Shown: positions 60,208 to 64,000 of the stretch, piece by piece | Position numbering within the stretch: position 1 is the first letter of the stretch | How the letters are laid out: every line of letters begins with the position of its first letter | Origin: an uncultured Bacteroidales bacterium | GTDB lineage: Bacteria; Bacteroidota; Bacteroidia; Bacteroidales; JAAYJT01 | DNA: 64,000 bases | Direction: 5' to 3' | Assembly: GCA_964419945.1 (NCBI GenBank) | Contig: CAYQRU010000001.1 | Span: forward strand, 29,441 to 93,440 | Translations under genes and position numbers: made by a program | The notes under the pieces: model-generated | What the model was told of the DNA's origin: nothing | Databases searched by the model: none | The model's input: only the letters and a program-made list of their open reading frames with translations

Positions 60208-60477
60208 TTATTTCCTGATACCAAGCTTTTTGATAATTGAGCGGTACCGGGTAATGTCTTTTTCCTTTAAATAATCGAGCAACCTTCTTCTTTTACCAAC
60301 GAGCCGCACCAGCGCACGTTCGGTTGCTTTGTCTTTACGGTTGTCTTTCAGATGTTCGGTAAGATGCTTGATCCTGTGTGAAAACAGCGCAATCTGCCCT
60401 TCGGGCGAACCAGTATCGAATTCCGATTTCCCGTACTCCTTGAAAAATTCTGTCTTAATTTCTTTTGTAAGGTACAT
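60208..60477 (-). CDS. rpsO: 30S ribosomal protein S15.
   Basis: The 89-aa product contains GSPEGQIALFSHRIKHLTEHLKDNRKDKATERALVRLVGKRRRLLDYL. It sits in the classical rpsO-pnp arrangement. Confidence 0.97.
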   Translation of the reverse strand: MYLTKEIKTEFFKEYGKSEFDTGSPEGQIALFSHRIKHLTEHLKDNRKDKATERALVRLVGKRRRLLDYLKEKDITRYRSIIKKLGIRK

Positions 60478-60520
60478 ATCCTTAATTCTATAAGCTTTAT
60501 AATTGTCTTAAAACGGGGTG

Positions 60521-60550
60521 CAAAGGTACAACTTCTTATTTGATTAGCAA
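60521..60550 (-). promoter_or_regulatory. Candidate Bacteroidota sigma-A promoter for rpsO.
   Basis: The minus strand reads TAccTTTG (plus caaaggta, 60521-60528), matching the Bacteroides -7 consensus TAnnTTTG. A cTTG lies 19 nt upstream (60548-60550) as a partial -33 TTTG. The -7 box is ~44 nt from the rpsO ATG. Confidence 0.4.
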
Positions 60551-60857
60551 GAGGGAAATTGACATTTTTCCCCAACATACATGGTTTTTGTTCTGAACCA
60601 TCAGCCATACATGATCGCTGATACAGAAATTCTTCAATGAACAACTGATAATCAGCAAGGTGTAATTATGAAAAAGGATTTTTGATTACCTGAGCTGATT
60701 GAGTATGCATATCGCAATGATGCTCTTCAACTTCCGGTAATGGCCTTTCAGGTGCAAAAATACACAACTGAATGACATTTTATTTTCCAAACACATAAAA
60801 TTATTTACTTTTACCTCTTTATTTCGGATCAGATGCAATTTATAAAATTTTCATGCC

Positions 60858-61196
60858 ATGGATTACCAAAAGATTGAATTATTTTTAGCCACCCAGGGAA
60901 GCAAATTTCAACCCGAACAGTTGCCGGTTATTAAAAATTACCTTGAGAAAATGGACGACAACCAGTTCAACCGGATTCTAAGTCAGTCATATAAGGATCC
61001 CACCATGCTTCTGGTAATTTCGATACTGGGCGGTCACTTTGGTATTGACCGTTTCCTGATTGATCAAACCGGAACAGGTGTTGTCAAGCTACTCACCTGT
61101 GGCGGTCTGGGTATATGGACGCTGGTTGATTGGTTTCTTATCATGGGTCTGACACGCGATTACAATTTCAATAAATTTCTGCAGGTTGCCGGCTAA
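60858..61196 (+). CDS. TM2 domain-containing membrane protein.
   Basis: LLVISILGGHFGIDRFLIDQTGTGVVKLLTCGGLGIWTLVDWFLI matches the TM2 pattern (G.lG.hrFY.g....gi..l.t.G..giw...D). Confidence 0.75.
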   Translation: MDYQKIELFLATQGSKFQPEQLPVIKNYLEKMDDNQFNRILSQSYKDPTMLLVISILGGHFGIDRFLIDQTGTGVVKLLTCGGLGIWTLVDWFLIMGLTRDYNFNKFLQVAG

Positions 61197-61590
61197 GATA
61201 TGTAAGACTTTGTATTTCAGAAACCTGTTTGCAATTGCACTGATAACAGGAGGCTATGGATTGTATTTGTTGCCTCAGTTATTTAATATTGGCGGGGTAA
61301 AAGGTTTCTGTATATTTCATGCACTTACGGGAATTCCATGCCCGGGTTGCGGAATGGGAAAAGCAAGTGTTCTTTTCCTCCGGGGCAGTTTATACGAATC
61401 ATTGATTGAGCATCCGCTGGCAATTCCTTTTACTGTTGCCACGCTCGCAGCACTATTCTGGCTAAGTTCAGATCTCTTCAGAAATAAAGAAACGCTGTTA
61501 CACTTGCTAAAGCAACGGTTAAAATGGCCCTATTCCCTGTTGCTGTTCGTGGTGGTGATGGCTGCATGGATATATAATATGCTGAAATAG
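61186..61590 (+). CDS. DUF2752-like small membrane protein. The start codon is uncertain.
   Basis: There are four hydrophobic segments and a CPGCGMGKA motif, which resembles the CPxCGxTR-type motif of DUF2752. The ORF has no early ATG. The TTG at 61186 overlaps the TM2 gene by 11 nt. Confidence 0.6.
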   Translation: MPAKICKTLYFRNLFAIALITGGYGLYLLPQLFNIGGVKGFCIFHALTGIPCPGCGMGKASVLFLRGSLYESLIEHPLAIPFTVATLAALFWLSSDLFRNKETLLHLLKQRLKWPYSLLLFVVVMAAWIYNMLK

Positions 61591-61790
61591 TTGATTTACA
61601 AGCAAACCAAATTCCGTATTGTGATTTCTTTATCATCATCCTGATCCGTTTTCAACAACCTTAGAGCATGCTCAAAATGTGTTTCTGTCAGCATTGGTTA
61701 TAATCCCCTCAGATAGATTATATTCACATAGTGATAATTCAATGGTTTAACTATGTTCCTTACATGTTTGGCATGAGCATGTTTGGTTCA

Positions 61791-61910
61791 TCACTCTTTC
61801 CGGAGAGGACTTTTGATTAAAACCGGAAGAAGAAAAAATACCAATTCCCGGAATAAACCGATGCATAGAAAATACCAGGGGAGAAGCGATCCTATCACCA
61901 TCCCTACCAT
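61791..61910 (-). CDS. Possible unannotated 39-aa hydrophobic peptide immediately after the tolC-family gene.
   Basis: Hand translation of the minus strand starts at an ATG at 61910-61908, 1 nt after the TAA of the TolC gene. It gives MVGMVIGSLLPWYFLCIGLFRELVFFLLPVLIKSPLRKE followed by TGA at 61793-61791. It is below the ORF-track size cutoff. Confidence 0.3.
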   Translation of the reverse strand: MVGMVIGSLLPWYFLCIGLFRELVFFLLPVLIKSPLRKE

Positions 61911-61911
61911 A

Positions 61912-63228
61912 TTATCTTACTCTATTCATAATCGAACCACTGATTTCCTTCAGTCCTACTTCCACGATTTTCGCCTGGTAGCGTGCAGTGATCAGCCTGC
62001 TTTCAACTGCAAGATAATTTTTCTGTGCTTCCCGTAATTCAAAACCCGATAGTTCACCAAGCCTGAAACGTTCCATGGCAATGGCCAGGTTCCTGTTGGC
62101 CACTTCAAGATTATGCTGTTCAAAATCAACCAACTGTATTTTGCTTTGCAGGCTGATGAAGGTTGCCATCAAATCGGCTTCGAGGCGGGAACGTGAATCA
62201 TTGAGTTCAATTTCTGCATTTTCAAGAGTAATCCGGGCGTTAGAGATCTGCCGGTTCAGATTAAATCCGTCAAACAGATTCCATCCTACAGAAAGGCCGT
62301 AATTCAGACCTGATGTACGGTTCGACTTGGTAAATCCTGATTCTGATTCAGACTTCAGGTAATTGTAACCGAGGATTGCATTGAGACGGGGCGACCGGCT
62401 TGCGTTTACCTGTCGCAGTTCCAATGCTGCAATCCGGTTATCGCTTTGACTCATCCTGAGGTAGGTATTGCCTGACATGGCATCAGCATAAAGTAAGCTC
62501 CATTCCGGTATCGCAACAGTATCAATGGTAGCTTCAACTTCAAATTCCTGGTCAATTTTCCTCGCAAGCATATTATTCAGCCTGATTTTGGAAATTCTGA
62601 AATTTTCCTGGTTATTTAATAACTCTGAACGGTCGGCATTATAATCTACCTGTGCCTGAAGGATGTCGAGCCGTGATGCGGCGCCTAATCCGAATTTCTC
62701 TTCTGCCAGCCTGATTCTTTCTTCCGAAATCGAAATAGACTTGTCAATAACCTGTAAATGTTGTTTTTGCCTGACGAGGTCATAATATGCTGAGAGCACC
62801 TCCACTATAGTGCGTTCGATCACAGCATGGGCTGCCAGTTCCCCCATTGCTTCAAATTCCCTGAGTTTGTCATAATTAAGAAACATTGCCAGGCCATCAA
62901 ACAATGTCCAGTTCAATGTAACAGACCAATTGTGTGAGTTAGACCTTGCATTTTCCCGCTCATTGATCTGTCCGGAAAAATATTCCTGCCTGGAGTTTTG
63001 AATGTTGTTATTTTGGGCTGCACTCAGATCAATTGCTGGCAGAAAACCGGCATTTCCGTAAGTGAGATTATTCGAAGAAATCTCAACCTGGTTACGTGCC
63101 ATGCGTATGGAGAAATTGTTCTCAAGAGCAATATTGACTGCCTGCCCGGGAGTGAGTAGTTCCTGCGCAGATATGAGCTGAGTGAATTGAAAGAGATGAA
63201 ATAAAATAAAAGTTCTGGTTAATAGCAT
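61912..63228 (-). CDS. TolC-family outer-membrane efflux protein.
   Basis: A signal peptide is followed by LTPGQAVNIALENNFSIRMARNQVEISSNNLTYGNAGFLP and a second repeat half (RIAALELRQVNASRSPRLNAILGYNY). It lies directly downstream of an RND permease gene. Confidence 0.85.
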   Translation of the reverse strand: MLLTRTFILFHLFQFTQLISAQELLTPGQAVNIALENNFSIRMARNQVEISSNNLTYGNAGFLPAIDLSAAQNNNIQNSRQEYFSGQINERENARSNSHNWSVTLNWTLFDGLAMFLNYDKLREFEAMGELAAHAVIERTIVEVLSAYYDLVRQKQHLQVIDKSISISEERIRLAEEKFGLGAASRLDILQAQVDYNADRSELLNNQENFRISKIRLNNMLARKIDQEFEVEATIDTVAIPEWSLLYADAMSGNTYLRMSQSDNRIAALELRQVNASRSPRLNAILGYNYLKSESESGFTKSNRTSGLNYGLSVGWNLFDGFNLNRQISNARITLENAEIELNDSRSRLEADLMATFISLQSKIQLVDFEQHNLEVANRNLAIAMERFRLGELSGFELREAQKNYLAVESRLITARYQAKIVEVGLKEISGSIMNRVR

Positions 63229-63312
63229 GATGTAATTCAGTTAATGAATGGATAGGATTGATCTGGTAAAATGTTTTCACTTCCTCATCAACAGAGTTGC
63301 TTTTCAGACAAA

Positions 63313-64000
63313 CTAAGGAATGGAAATGTCTTTTCGTTTTTCGGAAATATAGGAATACATAGCTGGGATCACATATAGGGTTAATAAAGTGGCAAAAAGC
63401 ATCCCTCCGATGATGGCGGTACCCATCGAAGCACGGCTTTCTGAACCAGCTCCAAGCGCCAGAGCAATGGGGATTACTCCGAGGATCGTTGAAAGGCTGG
63501 TCATAAGAATGGGTCTGAAACGTGCAACAGCAGCATCTTTGATAGCTTCTATCTTTTCCAGTCCCTGTAATTTACGCTGGTTGGCAAACTCTACGATAAG
63601 AATTCCGTTTTTCGCAACCAATCCTATGAGCATGATTATGCCTATCTGGCTGAAGATATTCATGGTATTTTCAAAGTACCATGTGGTAAGTATGGCACCT
63701 GCCAGAGCTAAAGGTACGGTAAACATGATGATCAGGGGGTCGCGGAAACTTTCAAACTGTGCTGCAAGAACAAGATAGATCAGAATGAGTGCAAACACAA
63801 ATGCAAATATGAGGCTGGAGGAACTTTCTTCAAAATCTTTTGAAGGGCCGGCGAGGGATGTGCTAAACCGATCGTCAAGCACTTTGTCAGCAATGCGGTC
63901 CATTTCTTTGATCCCCTGGCCTATGGTTATTCCTTCAACAGGATTTGCCGAAACTGTTGCCGACACAAAACGGTTGTAGCGAAATAATTGCGGCGGATTG
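63313..64000 (-). CDS. RND (AcrB/HAE1-type) efflux permease, C-terminal ~228 aa only. The gene continues beyond the right edge.
   Basis: The frame stays open past the GTG listed at 63966 up to the window end (..NPPQLFRYNRFVSATVSANP..). It contains FESFRDPLIIMFTVPLALAGA, LIGLVAKNGILIVEFANQ, AAVARFRPILMTSLSTILGVIPLAL and GGMLFATLLTLYVIPAMY. Confidence 0.9.
   Translation of the reverse strand, partial: NPPQLFRYNRFVSATVSANPVEGITIGQGIKEMDRIADKVLDDRFSTSLAGPSKDFEESSSSLIFAFVFALILIYLVLAAQFESFRDPLIIMFTVPLALAGAILTTWYFENTMNIFSQIGIIMLIGLVAKNGILIVEFANQRKLQGLEKIEAIKDAAVARFRPILMTSLSTILGVIPIALALGAGSESRASMGTAIIGGMLFATLLTLYVIPAMYSYISEKRKDISIP

Noticed and set aside
60348-60644. 98-aa minus-strand ORF overlapping rpsO.
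   Set aside because: It is an out-of-frame overlap with the canonical S15 gene and extends into the promoter region. It has no motifs.
61783-62037. 84-aa plus-strand ORF at the convergent junction, overlapping the TolC 3' end.
   Set aside because: It overlaps the TolC coding region in antisense. The product is Arg/Lys/Ser-rich and unstructured. The hydrophobic 39-codon minus-strand ORF is the more plausible small gene there.

Overview
Bacteroidota-type chromosomal segment. The evidence is four type-A T9SS C-terminal sorting domains, a short 287-aa RpoD, and TAnnTTTG-type -7 boxes. Positions 1-48.8 kb form one same-strand block of five genes. They encode only secreted, very large, all-beta mosaic surface proteins: a 5'-truncated repeat protein of at least 1378 aa, a giant of about 6011-6020 aa, a 744-aa beta-propeller ending in a dockerin, a 2124-aa beta-helix/LamG protein, and a 5593-aa giant. 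The two giants are paralogs. Their N-terminal halves are unrelated mosaics. Their C-terminal ~2900 aa are colinear and contain a Cys-rich linker, a helical segment and a ~400-aa core that I cannot assign to a named family. That core is much better conserved than its surroundings, and synonymous differences show this is purifying selection rather than recent gene conversion. Other structure in the block: a ~115-aa module shared by the 2124-aa and 5593-aa proteins that is twice split by a nested LamG domain, a 3x48-aa higher-order repeat, locally homogenised LamG heads, a 720-nt tandem duplication, and a ~70-aa pre-CTD module. A second dockerin protein on the minus strand at 50.3-52.4 kb also carries a cohesin-like module. 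I found no catalytic enzyme, SusC/D pair, transposase, CRISPR array, tRNA or rRNA. The right 15 kb is mostly housekeeping: TonB-C protein, GNAT, TrmH-family methyltransferase, rpe, rpoD, pnp, rpsO, TM2/DUF2752 pair, TolC plus a partial RND pump. It is interrupted by a solitary 825-aa N6-adenine methyltransferase with a candidate N-terminal PD-ExK nuclease (type IIG-like). All domain calls come from motif recognition by eye. No HMM or BLAST search was run.
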